64,000 nucleotides of DNA from NCBI GenBank assembly GCA_964567265.1, contig CAZMLK010000001.1:91311-155310 (forward strand), given 5' to 3'. The notes beneath the pieces are model-generated. The model did no database searches. It was not told where the DNA came from and saw nothing but the letters and a program-made list of their open reading frames with translations. Each line of letters starts with the position of its first letter. Positions within the stretch are counted from its first letter, which is position 1. A program made the translations under genes and the position numbers. This DNA comes from an uncultured Candidatus Saccharibacteria bacterium (GTDB lineage Bacteria; Patescibacteriota; Minisyncoccia; Phycocordibacterales; UBA12088). Below, in pieces: positions 10,186-19,066 of this stretch.

Positions 10186-10665
10186 ATGTCCGATACACTC
10201 AAAAATAAACTCGACACCATTCGCGACCTCGTCGACGAGTGCCTCACGGAACTCGGTTCAGGAAAAGTGGCAAAGGCTAGGCCGGCGAAGTCAGCAGCTG
10301 TGGACTCGGCAGACACCAATCCCGATACGGTACTCCGAATCGTCAATAAGGTTGGCGACTGTGATGAGGCAACCGCAATTGAGAAACACGTGCTTAATAC
10401 GCGAGGATCCGAAGGTAGGGTCCTCTTGGCCTTCTACATCGCCCACAAATACTTCAAGAACGCATGGCTCACCAGTGGCGACGTGGGAAAAGTTACCGCT
10501 GACCTGGGAATAAAAATCGACAAGAAAAACGTCTCTAACTACCTCGTGACGTACCGGAAGTACCTCGAGAGCGGTGCTGTTAGAAAGAAGGGTCAATCAA
10601 CCCCCTACCGCATGAACCGGGCGGGAGCGAAGCGTTTCGAAGAAATAATTCATGAAAAAGAGTAG
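10186..10665 (+). CDS. hypothetical protein (paralogous C-terminal module)
   Basis: 159 aa. Shares the AW(C)LTS-G motif with the upstream gene. Confidence 0.45.
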   Translation: MSDTLKNKLDTIRDLVDECLTELGSGKVAKARPAKSAAVDSADTNPDTVLRIVNKVGDCDEATAIEKHVLNTRGSEGRVLLAFYIAHKYFKNAWLTSGDVGKVTADLGIKIDKKNVSNYLVTYRKYLESGAVRKKGQSTPYRMNRAGAKRFEEIIHEKE

Positions 10666-11323
10666 CGACAAATCTGAGAAGGTGCCGGATATACTCCGCG
10701 TCCTTTGGCAACAAGGCTTCTTCAAAGAGTGGAAGAATCAGGAAGATGTCGCGACTCATCTCTCTGGGAACGGCCAAAATCTCCGTCCAAATACTCTTAG
10801 CGTTGCACTGCTGCGCGCGGACTATCTAACAAGCAAGAAGCAGAACGGTTCAAAGAAGTATATTCAAACGAAACCTGCCATAAGCAAGGCAATTGATAGG
10901 ATTGAGGACGATCTTTTCGAAGACGCGCTGTTAAAGAAATTTGGAAAGGAATTTGAGGTTGAGATAGCGGACCTTCGGCATAACTTTGGAGTTAGCGGGA
11001 ACTGCACCGCATTCCTTCTGCGTAAAATTCTTGAGAAACTTATCTTCATTACGTTTGCGCGGCATGGGATGCAGGCAAAACTCGAAGATCCTAAAACTCC
11101 CGGGACCGGCAGGCTGATCGGACTGGAGGCCATGATAAACGCTGCAGCAAGAGAGAAGGTAAACGGAATACCATTACTTACGTCGCATACCGCACAAGAA
11201 GTACGTGGGGTGAAGTTCCTTGGTGATGCTTCGGCACACAACCCACTCACCGAGGTCGATATGAAGACAATCATTCCTCAAATGCCGTTTATCATCACAG
11301 CATACAAGGAACTATTACGCTGA
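10652..11323 (+). CDS. hypothetical protein
   Basis: 223 aa. Overlaps the previous gene by 14 nt. No recognisable motif. Ends 54 nt before tRNA-Ser. Confidence 0.45.
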   Translation: MKKSSDKSEKVPDILRVLWQQGFFKEWKNQEDVATHLSGNGQNLRPNTLSVALLRADYLTSKKQNGSKKYIQTKPAISKAIDRIEDDLFEDALLKKFGKEFEVEIADLRHNFGVSGNCTAFLLRKILEKLIFITFARHGMQAKLEDPKTPGTGRLIGLEAMINAAAREKVNGIPLLTSHTAQEVRGVKFLGDASAHNPLTEVDMKTIIPQMPFIITAYKELLR

Positions 11324-11376
11324 AGATTGGGACTAACTCTAGCCCTCGGCATACCTCCGATACAAAAAACTTCCTG

Positions 11377-11461
11377 CGGAGGGTAGGAGATTCGAACTCC
11401 TGAGACCTTGCGGCCTACACGCTTTCCAAGCGTGCGCACTCGACCACTATGCGAACCCTCC
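11377..11461 (-). tRNA. tRNA-Ser (anticodon GGA)
   Basis: The reverse complement folds as a class II tRNA. Acceptor GGAGGGT/ACCCTCC. Anticodon loop TTGGAAA. Long variable arm. T-loop TTCGAAT. Confidence 0.8.
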
Positions 11462-11592
11462 TCGTATTCGTTTTTTTCCCCGCCAAATCGTTCCTGTTAT
11501 AGCACACCCCCTTGGGGTTCCAAAAGAAACAGCACCCTTGCGGGTGCTGCATTAGGGTCGTGATTCGAGCTGCTTTTATTCTTTTCGTTTCC

Positions 11593-11895
11593 TCAGTATA
11601 CGGCGGCAATTTCGACGGCCGGGACTTTGCCTGGGCGACGCCTATTCGTGCGAGCCTTGCGGCTCGTTGGTGAATTCGGGTGTCTGTGTTTTCGCCAGAT
11701 CTCTTCCATTACTTTGTACTGTTTCGTCCAGTTTGCGAGTGTTCGAACGGCGCGCGTGTGCACGTTGCCGATGCCATGTGCGTTACCTTCATCAAGAGCG
11801 GCAAGCTCGGCGAGCAGCCTCACCGCTTTCTCGAGCTGCGTGCGTGCATCCTGCATTCCAATGACTGCATGTACCAACGGGGTGTCGGGAAGCAT
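11593..11895 (-). CDS. hypothetical protein
   Basis: 100 aa ORF in the lower-GC island with a basic C-terminal tail. No motif recognised. Confidence 0.3.
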   Translation of the reverse strand: MLPDTPLVHAVIGMQDARTQLEKAVRLLAELAALDEGNAHGIGNVHTRAVRTLANWTKQYKVMEEIWRKHRHPNSPTSRKARTNRRRPGKVPAVEIAAVY

Positions 11896-11992
11896 CAGAA
11901 TCTCCTATTTCAACTTCGGCACTATATAAGCACACTAAATTGATTCCACAAATGTACTTTTTTTGGGTTTTAGACTATATTCGAGATTACCT

Positions 11993-12592
11993 ATGAAAAA
12001 ATACACCCTCTACATACTCGTGGCCATCGCCCTGATTCTACTTGGTGCTGGCGCATACTATCTCCGGCTTAAGCAGGAGGGAATGTCGATTGCTGAAAGC
12101 AAGCCTGGAGTGTATCAAAATGATGACTACAATTTTTGTATCCGTTATCCCGAAAGCTACAAGTTGACCACGTTGCCTGAAGGGGTGAACCCGCCTGCAG
12201 TTCTCTCGCTCAGCATCAGCGCATCTGCGCCATCTACGGGACAAGACCCAGAAACAAATGCAGGAATTGATTCGATGCATTCGATGTTGCTTACAGTGAA
12301 TACTCCCGCTTCAGCTGACCTCCACAGTCATGTGGCAACGATGATCGAGAAGCAGTTCTTAGTCTCTGAAACGGATACGTCAATAAATGGACTGTCGGCG
12401 GTTGCAGTGAGTGCGAAGTCGGCATTCGATGGGACTCCTTACAAGGCAACCTACCTATTCTTGCCTGCATCGGGAAATGTTGGGGATTCTTTGGTGACGA
12501 CAAGCTATGCAGATGGGACTGAATACACAACGAAATTTGATGAGACGGTTTTGAGTATAAAGAAAAAGGACCCGGGCGTGGACTGCAATTAA
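11993..12592 (+). CDS. membrane-anchored/secreted hypothetical protein
   Basis: Start at MKKYTLYILVAIALILLGAGAYY (signal anchor). Ser/Thr-rich extracellular region. Lower GC than the flanks. Confidence 0.5.
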   Translation: MKKYTLYILVAIALILLGAGAYYLRLKQEGMSIAESKPGVYQNDDYNFCIRYPESYKLTTLPEGVNPPAVLSLSISASAPSTGQDPETNAGIDSMHSMLLTVNTPASADLHSHVATMIEKQFLVSETDTSINGLSAVAVSAKSAFDGTPYKATYLFLPASGNVGDSLVTTSYADGTEYTTKFDETVLSIKKKDPGVDCN

Positions 12593-12634
12593 GAAGCAGT
12601 ACCAACACCCAAGGTCACTCAAGTCAGTAGAGGA

Positions 12635-13231
12635 TCAGTAGTAGCTCAACTGAGCTGGATTGATGAACGATTCGCTAAAGGCTGGGTAGCCGTCACATGC
12701 GGATTGCGGAAGCGCTCCGGCAACAGACACCCTTGAATTGTACGGAGCCATCCGTACGCCGAAGTGCAGATGGGTATTGGAACCCATGTTCGCAACGGTG
12801 GCGATTCTGGTCCCTGCGACCACTTGGACACCCGCGCCGGCTGATGGAATTGGCTCGATGTGCCAGTACACTGTCGTGAACTGACCACAATGGTCGATGA
12901 CCATCCCGTATCGCCATCCCGTGTTGTCGAACACGAATTGTACGATAGTGCCGTCCCATGCCGCGTACACTGGTGAACCGGGTGAGGTGTTGCTCCCGTC
13001 CACAATGTCGATGCCGTTGTGCTTCTTTATTCTCCCTGTGCACGGATCCGTACGTACCCAATTGGCTCCAAAGCCAAGGGTAATACGCGATGAGTTGAAG
13101 ACTCCATTCAGAGGATATTTGAAGCTTACTGGCGTCTGGCACCGGATGACCACCGCCTTTGCGGGAGTTATAACTGATTGTGCGAGTGACAAAGCGCTGA
13201 GACCGAATACGGCTCCACGACGTGTGAGCAC
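12635..13231 (-). CDS. secreted M23-family metallopeptidase
   Basis: Signal peptide. HNGIDI ... HIEP ... NTHLHFGV matches the HxxxD / HxH zinc ligands of LytM/M23. Confidence 0.75.
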   Translation of the reverse strand: MLTRRGAVFGLSALSLAQSVITPAKAVVIRCQTPVSFKYPLNGVFNSSRITLGFGANWVRTDPCTGRIKKHNGIDIVDGSNTSPGSPVYAAWDGTIVQFVFDNTGWRYGMVIDHCGQFTTVYWHIEPIPSAGAGVQVVAGTRIATVANMGSNTHLHFGVRMAPYNSRVSVAGALPQSACDGYPAFSESFINPAQLSYY

Positions 13232-13366
13232 GACAGCTTCCTTTCAGTAAGGAACGGGATGTTCCGTCCGTTGGCCACAGTATCCTAGAAATGATCAAGC
13301 ATCAATTCAGCATGTCTATACAAAACCGGAAAATTCTGGTTTGATAGGCCTTTCAGGTTCTCCTTT

Positions 13367-15121
13367 ATGGCTAGAGACGCTTCAACACAAAACAAACCGA
13401 CACCGGGGCCGAGCTTGATCGCGCTCCTCCGGCCGTACCGCGGGCAGATCGCCTTGCTGGTGGTTTTGACCTTGATCGCGAACGCGCTCAACCTCGCGGT
13501 GCCGAAGATATTGGCCCGCGGGATCGACACCTTCGCGCGCGGCAATTTCAATCTCGACGCGCTCATCATCGAGTTCTCGCTCGTGGCTTTTTTCATCTTC
13601 GTATTCACGTATCTCCAGAACGTCGTCCAGGTGTACGCCTCGGAGCGGGTCGCGCGCGATCTCCGGAACGAGCTCTCGGCGAAGATCTCGGTCCAGACCT
13701 ATGCATATATAGAGAAGGTGACGCCGTCGAAGCTGCTCACGAATCTCACCTCCGACATCGACTCCATCAAGACCTTCGTCTCGATGGCGATCGCGTCGAT
13801 CATCTCCTCGGCGTTCCTCATCATCGGCGCGTCGGTACTCCTCTTGCTCATCGACTGGAAGCTCGCGCTCGCGGTCCTCGCGACCCTGCCCTTGATCGCC
13901 GGCACTTTCTACTATGTGCTTGCCAAGGTGCGGCTCCTCTTCAAGCGCTCGCAGGAGGCGATCGACTGGCTCAACAAGGTCATCAATGAAAGCATCCTCG
14001 GCGCGGCGCTGATCCGCCTCCTCGATTCGCATGCATCCGAATACCAGAAGTTCCTCCGCGCGAACGAGGAAGCGAAGACCATCGGCCTCTCTATCCTCCG
14101 CCTCTTCGCGAGCTTGATCCCCGTGATCACGTTCTGCACCAACTTCGCGACCTTGATCATCCTCACGCTCGGCGGGCACTTCGTCATCCAGGGCTCCATG
14201 TCGCTCGGCGATTTCGCGGCGTTCAACAGCTACCTCGCTATCCTCATCTTCCCGATCCTCATCATCGGATTCATGAGCAATGTCATCGCGCAGGCATCGG
14301 CCTCGTACGCACGCGTGGCGGAAGTCTTGAATGCGCCGGAGCATGAGAAGACGGGCGGCATCGTCGCGCCGGTCCGCGGTGACATCGAGGCCAGGGATGT
14401 GAACGTGATGTTCGGCGAGAAGGCGGCACTCAAGGACGTGTCGTTCAAGGTGAAGGCGGGAACGCGGACCGCGATCATCGGCCCCACGGCCGCCGGGAAG
14501 ACGCAGCTCCTCTATCTCCTCACCGGGCTTCTCGGCCCCACTTCGGGCACCATACTCTTCGACGGCAAGGACGTGAACGAATACAACAAGGAGAACCTCC
14601 ACGCGCAGGTCGGCTTCGTGTTCCAGGACAGCGTGATGTTCAACCTCTCGGTGCGCGAGAACATCGCGTTCAGCAACACGGTCGGCGACGCGCATCTCGA
14701 GAAGGCGGTCCGCACGGCGGAACTCGAGGATTTCATCCAAGCGCTTCCGGAGAAGTACGACACCATCGTCTCGGAGCGCGGCAGCAGCCTCTCGGGCGGG
14801 CAGAAGCAGCGCATCATGCTCGCACGCGCGCTCGCGCTCGATCCGAAGGTGCTCCTCCTCGATGACTTCACCGCACGCGTCGATACCTCGACCGAGCGGA
14901 AGATCCTCGAGAATATTGGAAAGGAATATCCCGGCATCACGCTCATCTCGGTGACGCAGAAGATCTCTTCGGTCGAGCACTACGATCAGATCATCCTCCT
15001 CATGGAGGGCGAGATCCTTGCGTCTGGCACCCATGACGAGCTCATGCACAGCTCGCCCGAGTACGTGCAGATCTTCGAGTCGCAGCGGAGTACCAGCGAG
15101 TACGAAGCGACTGAGGCATAA
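13367..15121 (+). CDS. ABC transporter ATP-binding/permease (exporter half-transporter)
   Basis: Six-TM N-terminal domain. Walker A GPTAAGKTQL, signature LSGGQKQR, Walker B LLLDD. Confidence 0.9.
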   Translation: MARDASTQNKPTPGPSLIALLRPYRGQIALLVVLTLIANALNLAVPKILARGIDTFARGNFNLDALIIEFSLVAFFIFVFTYLQNVVQVYASERVARDLRNELSAKISVQTYAYIEKVTPSKLLTNLTSDIDSIKTFVSMAIASIISSAFLIIGASVLLLLIDWKLALAVLATLPLIAGTFYYVLAKVRLLFKRSQEAIDWLNKVINESILGAALIRLLDSHASEYQKFLRANEEAKTIGLSILRLFASLIPVITFCTNFATLIILTLGGHFVIQGSMSLGDFAAFNSYLAILIFPILIIGFMSNVIAQASASYARVAEVLNAPEHEKTGGIVAPVRGDIEARDVNVMFGEKAALKDVSFKVKAGTRTAIIGPTAAGKTQLLYLLTGLLGPTSGTILFDGKDVNEYNKENLHAQVGFVFQDSVMFNLSVRENIAFSNTVGDAHLEKAVRTAELEDFIQALPEKYDTIVSERGSSLSGGQKQRIMLARALALDPKVLLLDDFTARVDTSTERKILENIGKEYPGITLISVTQKISSVEHYDQIILLMEGEILASGTHDELMHSSPEYVQIFESQRSTSEYEATEA

Positions 15122-15126
15122 CCCCT

Positions 15127-16893
15127 ATGAAAAATTACGCGCTCACAAAAGCAGATCAGGACAAGGAGAAAGAGAAGGGCGTGCTTGGCACTGCCTGGCG
15201 GCGGCTCGTGCCCCTCATGGCGACCGAGAAGAAATCGGTCCTGATCGCGCTCGCCGCGATCTTCATCAACTCCGCCTCGACGCTGATCGCGCCGACACTC
15301 ATCGCGCGGTCGGTGGATACGTATATCGCCGGAAAGGATTTTGGCGGTGTGCTCATGTATGCGGGAATCCTCCTCGTGGTCTTCGCGATCGGCGGCGCGG
15401 CGAGCTACGTGCAGGTGCGCACCATGGGCGGCGTCGGGCGGCGCATCCTCTTCGCGCTCCGCAACAACATCTTCCTGAAACTGCAGGAGCTCCCGGTCGC
15501 GTTCTTCAATGCCAACAAGGCGGGCGACCTCATCTCGCGCATCAATAATGACACCGACAAGCTCAATCAGTTCTTCGCGCAGGCGCTGATGCAGTTCATT
15601 GGGAACTCGGTCCTCATCGTCGGTACCGGCATCTTTATTTTGGTCCTCAATCCGAAGCTCGGCGCGGCAGCGCTCGTGCCTGCGCTCGCGGTCCTTATCA
15701 TCACGCCGATCATCTCGCCGTGGGTGAAGCGATCGAGCCTCCGGAGCCTCCGCACCGTCGGCGGCATGAGCGGCGAGATCTCGGAGAGCCTTTCGAACTT
15801 CAAGGTCATCGTCGCGTTCAACCGCCTCGATTATTTCCGTACCAAATTCAAGGAGGCGAACGAGGAGAACTACAAGGCATCGATTACGGCCGGCATCGCG
15901 AGCAACATCTTCACGCCGCTCTACACCTTCGCCTCCGTCGCCGCGCAGGTCATCGTGCTCTCGTACGGCATCACCTTGATCGGCGACAACCAGCTCACGA
16001 TCGGCCTCCTCATCGGATTCTTCCTCTATGTGAACAATTTCTATATGCCGCTCCGCCAGCTCGCGCAGGTGTGGTCGTCGTTCCAGCTCGCGCTCGCCGG
16101 CCTCGATCGCATCTCCGAAGTCCTCGCGCTCTCGACCGACATGGAACAGCTGCCGCATGCGGAGAAGGTCTCGGACACGCTCCTTGAATTCAAGGATGTC
16201 TCGTTCCACTACCCGAGCGGGAAGGAAGTGCTTCGCCACGTGAATCTCACCCTCGAACAGGGGAAGACGTACGCGCTCGTCGGCCCGACTGGCGGCGGCA
16301 AGACGACGACCGCGTCCCTCATGGCGCGTCTCTATGATCCAAGCGAGGGCACCGTGCTCCTCGACGGCAAGGACATCCGCTCGTACACGCCCGCAGAGCG
16401 CACCAAGAAAATCGGATTCATCCTCCAGGAGCCGTTCCTCTTTTCGGGCACGGTCCGCGAGAACATCCTCTATGGCAACGACGAGTACCAGGGCCATTCG
16501 AGCGAGCAGCTCCTCGCCGAGCTCGAGAAGGCGAATCTCGGGAAACTCCTCTCGCGTTTCTCTGAAGGGCTTGATACGCCGGTCGCATCGAGCGGCGATT
16601 CGGTGAGCCTCGGCCAGAAGCAGCTGATCGCGTTCATGCGCGCGGCGCTCCGCCGTCCGGAACTCCTCATCCTCGACGAGGCGACCGCGAACATCGACAC
16701 CGTGACCGAGCAGCTCCTCGAAGAGATCTTGGAGAAGCTGCCGAAGACCACGACCCGCGTCGTCATCGCGCACCGCCTCAATACTATTGAGAACGCCGAT
16801 CTCATCTTCTTCGTGAACGGCGCCGAGGTCACGCCTGCGGGCGACATGGAGCACGCTGTCGAGATGCTCCTCCACGGCAAGCGCCAAAGTTAG
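15127..16893 (+). CDS. ABC transporter ATP-binding/permease (partner half-transporter)
   Basis: Six-TM domain. Walker A GPTGGGKTT, degenerate signature VSLGQKQL, Walker B LILDE. Starts 6 nt after the previous gene, so a heterodimeric pair. Confidence 0.9.
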   Translation: MKNYALTKADQDKEKEKGVLGTAWRRLVPLMATEKKSVLIALAAIFINSASTLIAPTLIARSVDTYIAGKDFGGVLMYAGILLVVFAIGGAASYVQVRTMGGVGRRILFALRNNIFLKLQELPVAFFNANKAGDLISRINNDTDKLNQFFAQALMQFIGNSVLIVGTGIFILVLNPKLGAAALVPALAVLIITPIISPWVKRSSLRSLRTVGGMSGEISESLSNFKVIVAFNRLDYFRTKFKEANEENYKASITAGIASNIFTPLYTFASVAAQVIVLSYGITLIGDNQLTIGLLIGFFLYVNNFYMPLRQLAQVWSSFQLALAGLDRISEVLALSTDMEQLPHAEKVSDTLLEFKDVSFHYPSGKEVLRHVNLTLEQGKTYALVGPTGGGKTTTASLMARLYDPSEGTVLLDGKDIRSYTPAERTKKIGFILQEPFLFSGTVRENILYGNDEYQGHSSEQLLAELEKANLGKLLSRFSEGLDTPVASSGDSVSLGQKQLIAFMRAALRRPELLILDEATANIDTVTEQLLEEILEKLPKTTTRVVIAHRLNTIENADLIFFVNGAEVTPAGDMEHAVEMLLHGKRQS

Positions 16894-17012
16894 GCGATTG
16901 TAGGTGGGAAAGGGAAATCTGCTATACTGTGGCACCTGTCATTTCTGGCAGGTGTTTCTATACCGCTGAACATAGCCCTCCGGGGCACTTTTACTACCTG
17001 GCTTTCATACCT

Positions 17013-18227
17013 ATGCAATCACAAAGACGAGTGCTTCCGATCCTCTTCGCCACGCTCCTTCTCGACATGATCGGGATCGGGATGGTGATCCCGATCATCC
17101 CGATCATCTTCACCGATCCGTCGTCGCCGTCGTTCCTGCTCCAGGGCTATTCGCAGACCTGGCAGTACATCATCGCGGGCCTCGTGACCGCGCTCTTCGG
17201 GCTCATGCAGTTCATCGCCGCGCCGATGCTCGGCGAGCTTTCTGACTTCTATGGACGGAAGAAGATCCTCGCGGTCGGTGTCGGCGTTCTCGCGATCTCA
17301 CAATTTTTCTTCGGCTTCGGCATCCTCGCGGGATCGATCGTGATCCTGCTCGTCAGTCGCGCGATCGCCGGGCTTGCAGGCGCAAACTTCTCGATCGCGC
17401 AGGCTTCGATCGCGGACGTGACAGAACCCAAGGACCGCTCGAAGAACTTCGGGCTTATCGGTGCCGCGTTCGGTACTGGGTTCCTCCTCGGTCCGATCCT
17501 CGGCGGCTGGATCGCGCACCTCACCGGAAGCCCGGCATCACCGTTCTGGTGCGCAGGCGCGCTCGGCGTCCTCAACCTCGCGTTCCTCTATTTCTTCCTT
17601 CCGGAAACGCGCGTCACGAACGGCGAGAAGCATCACTTCACGATCTGGAAGGGAATCCAGAACGTCCGCTCCGCGATCCGCGACAAGGATGCGCGGCCGG
17701 TGTACCTCGCGAGCTTCCTCACTGTCTGCGGCTTCTCATTCTTCACGTCATTCATCGGCGTCCTCCTCGTGTCGCGCTTCGGCATGACTGCCTCCGGCAT
17801 CGGCACGTTCTTCGGCGCGGTCGGCGCATGGGTGATCGTGACGCAGCTCGGCGTCCTCCGCATCCTTTCGCGCCGTTACAACGAGCGCACGATCCTCCGC
17901 GTGTCCCTCCTCGTGTTCGCATTCGCGATCGCGCTCTATCCGTTCGCGCCGACCATCGGCATCCTCTATCTCCTCGTGCCGCTCCTCGCGATTCCGCAGG
18001 GACTTTCGCTCGCTAACATGACCGCGCTCGTGAGCAAGAGCGTCTCCGCTGACAAGCAGGGAGCGGCGCTCGGCATCAATGGATCCCTCTTCGCGCTCGC
18101 GCAGGGCGTGATCCCAATCGCCGCCGGCTTCGCATCGGGCCTCATCGGCATCGAGACGCCGTTCCTCGCAGGCGCCATCCTCGTCGTCATCGCTTGGAGT
18201 ACACTGTTCATCTTCAAGCCGCGCTGA
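17013..18227 (+). CDS. MFS transporter
   Basis: 12 predicted TM helices. GELSDFYGRKK (MFS motif A). Start taken at the internal ATG 17013 (MQSQRRVLPILF). Confidence 0.8.
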   Translation: MQSQRRVLPILFATLLLDMIGIGMVIPIIPIIFTDPSSPSFLLQGYSQTWQYIIAGLVTALFGLMQFIAAPMLGELSDFYGRKKILAVGVGVLAISQFFFGFGILAGSIVILLVSRAIAGLAGANFSIAQASIADVTEPKDRSKNFGLIGAAFGTGFLLGPILGGWIAHLTGSPASPFWCAGALGVLNLAFLYFFLPETRVTNGEKHHFTIWKGIQNVRSAIRDKDARPVYLASFLTVCGFSFFTSFIGVLLVSRFGMTASGIGTFFGAVGAWVIVTQLGVLRILSRRYNERTILRVSLLVFAFAIALYPFAPTIGILYLLVPLLAIPQGLSLANMTALVSKSVSADKQGAALGINGSLFALAQGVIPIAAGFASGLIGIETPFLAGAILVVIAWSTLFIFKPR

Positions 18228-18621
18228 CCCCTTGTCCCCCTCGTACCCCTAGCGCATCCCAAAAGGACGTTGTATAGTTGCGTCGGTCACCTTTTTCAGT
18301 GGAGGTTCTCAATGAGCGCAACCGTGTCTGATCTTTGGGCTGCCGCGCCGCCCCTTCGGCAAACAGAGAATCCAGACGGATCGTATACGGTCGATGCCAG
18401 TATTTCGGCATCGGCTCCGGTTCAACAGACTGCCGTTTCGAGAGACGGTGACGACGACGATTTCAAGCCCGGCGTTACCATGGCCTGGTTCGGGCAAGGC
18501 AAGGATCCCCGCCCGTACAAAGACTGAATCCGCCTCGTTTCCGGCGACTGCACTCCATGTGCGGCCGCCGGTTTTGCTTCGTGGTAGCATTTAGAAGTCA
18601 TTAGCATTCTCATATTTCTAT

Positions 18622-19029
18622 ATGGATATTTCAGTGAATCTGCTCTGGGTCCTCGTCGCCACCGTCGCCGGGGTTGCCATCGGCATGGCGTGGTATTCGC
18701 CGAAGCTTTTCGGGAACCAGTGGATGAAGCTCTCCGGCATCACGCCGGACCCAGCGGACAAGAAGGGGATGTACCAAGGCATCGCGATCGGATTCGCTGC
18801 GAATTTCTTCCGCGCGTACATCCTCGCGCACTTCGTCTACATCGTCGCCTCGATGGACTGGATGGAAGCGCTGGTGCTCGCGTTCTGGCTCTGGCTCGGC
18901 TTCGTCGCGACCACGCTCAGCAACATCGTCGCGTGGGAAGGAAAGTCGTGGAAGCTCTTCGCCCTCCATGGTGCGTATCATTTCGTCTCGCTCGCGGCGA
19001 TGGCGATCATCCTGACCTATTTCGCGTAG
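18622..19029 (+). CDS. DUF1761-family integral membrane protein
   Basis: 135 aa with four helices. WYSPKLFGNQWMKL motif is shared with the 756-1235 paralog. Confidence 0.55.
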   Translation: MDISVNLLWVLVATVAGVAIGMAWYSPKLFGNQWMKLSGITPDPADKKGMYQGIAIGFAANFFRAYILAHFVYIVASMDWMEALVLAFWLWLGFVATTLSNIVAWEGKSWKLFALHGAYHFVSLAAMAIILTYFA

Positions 19030-19066
19030 CCCCGGCATCTTCGGTATACTGGGCGCTACCATTCAT

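Noticed and set aside
8750-12600. Looked for integrase, transposase or recombinase genes that would make the low-GC island an obvious mobile element
   Set aside because: None of the ORFs shows tyrosine/serine recombinase or DDE motifs (e.g. the R..H..R..Y tetrad, or DDE spacing). Mobility therefore remains only an inference from composition and the tRNA flank.
13382-16935. Very long minus-strand ORFs (555 and 649 aa) antisense to the two ABC transporter genes
   Set aside because: Their translations are Arg/Asp/Glu/His-rich low-complexity strings with no motifs. The plus-strand frames carry unambiguous Walker A/B and signature motifs. These are typical stop-codon-poor antisense frames in high-GC DNA.
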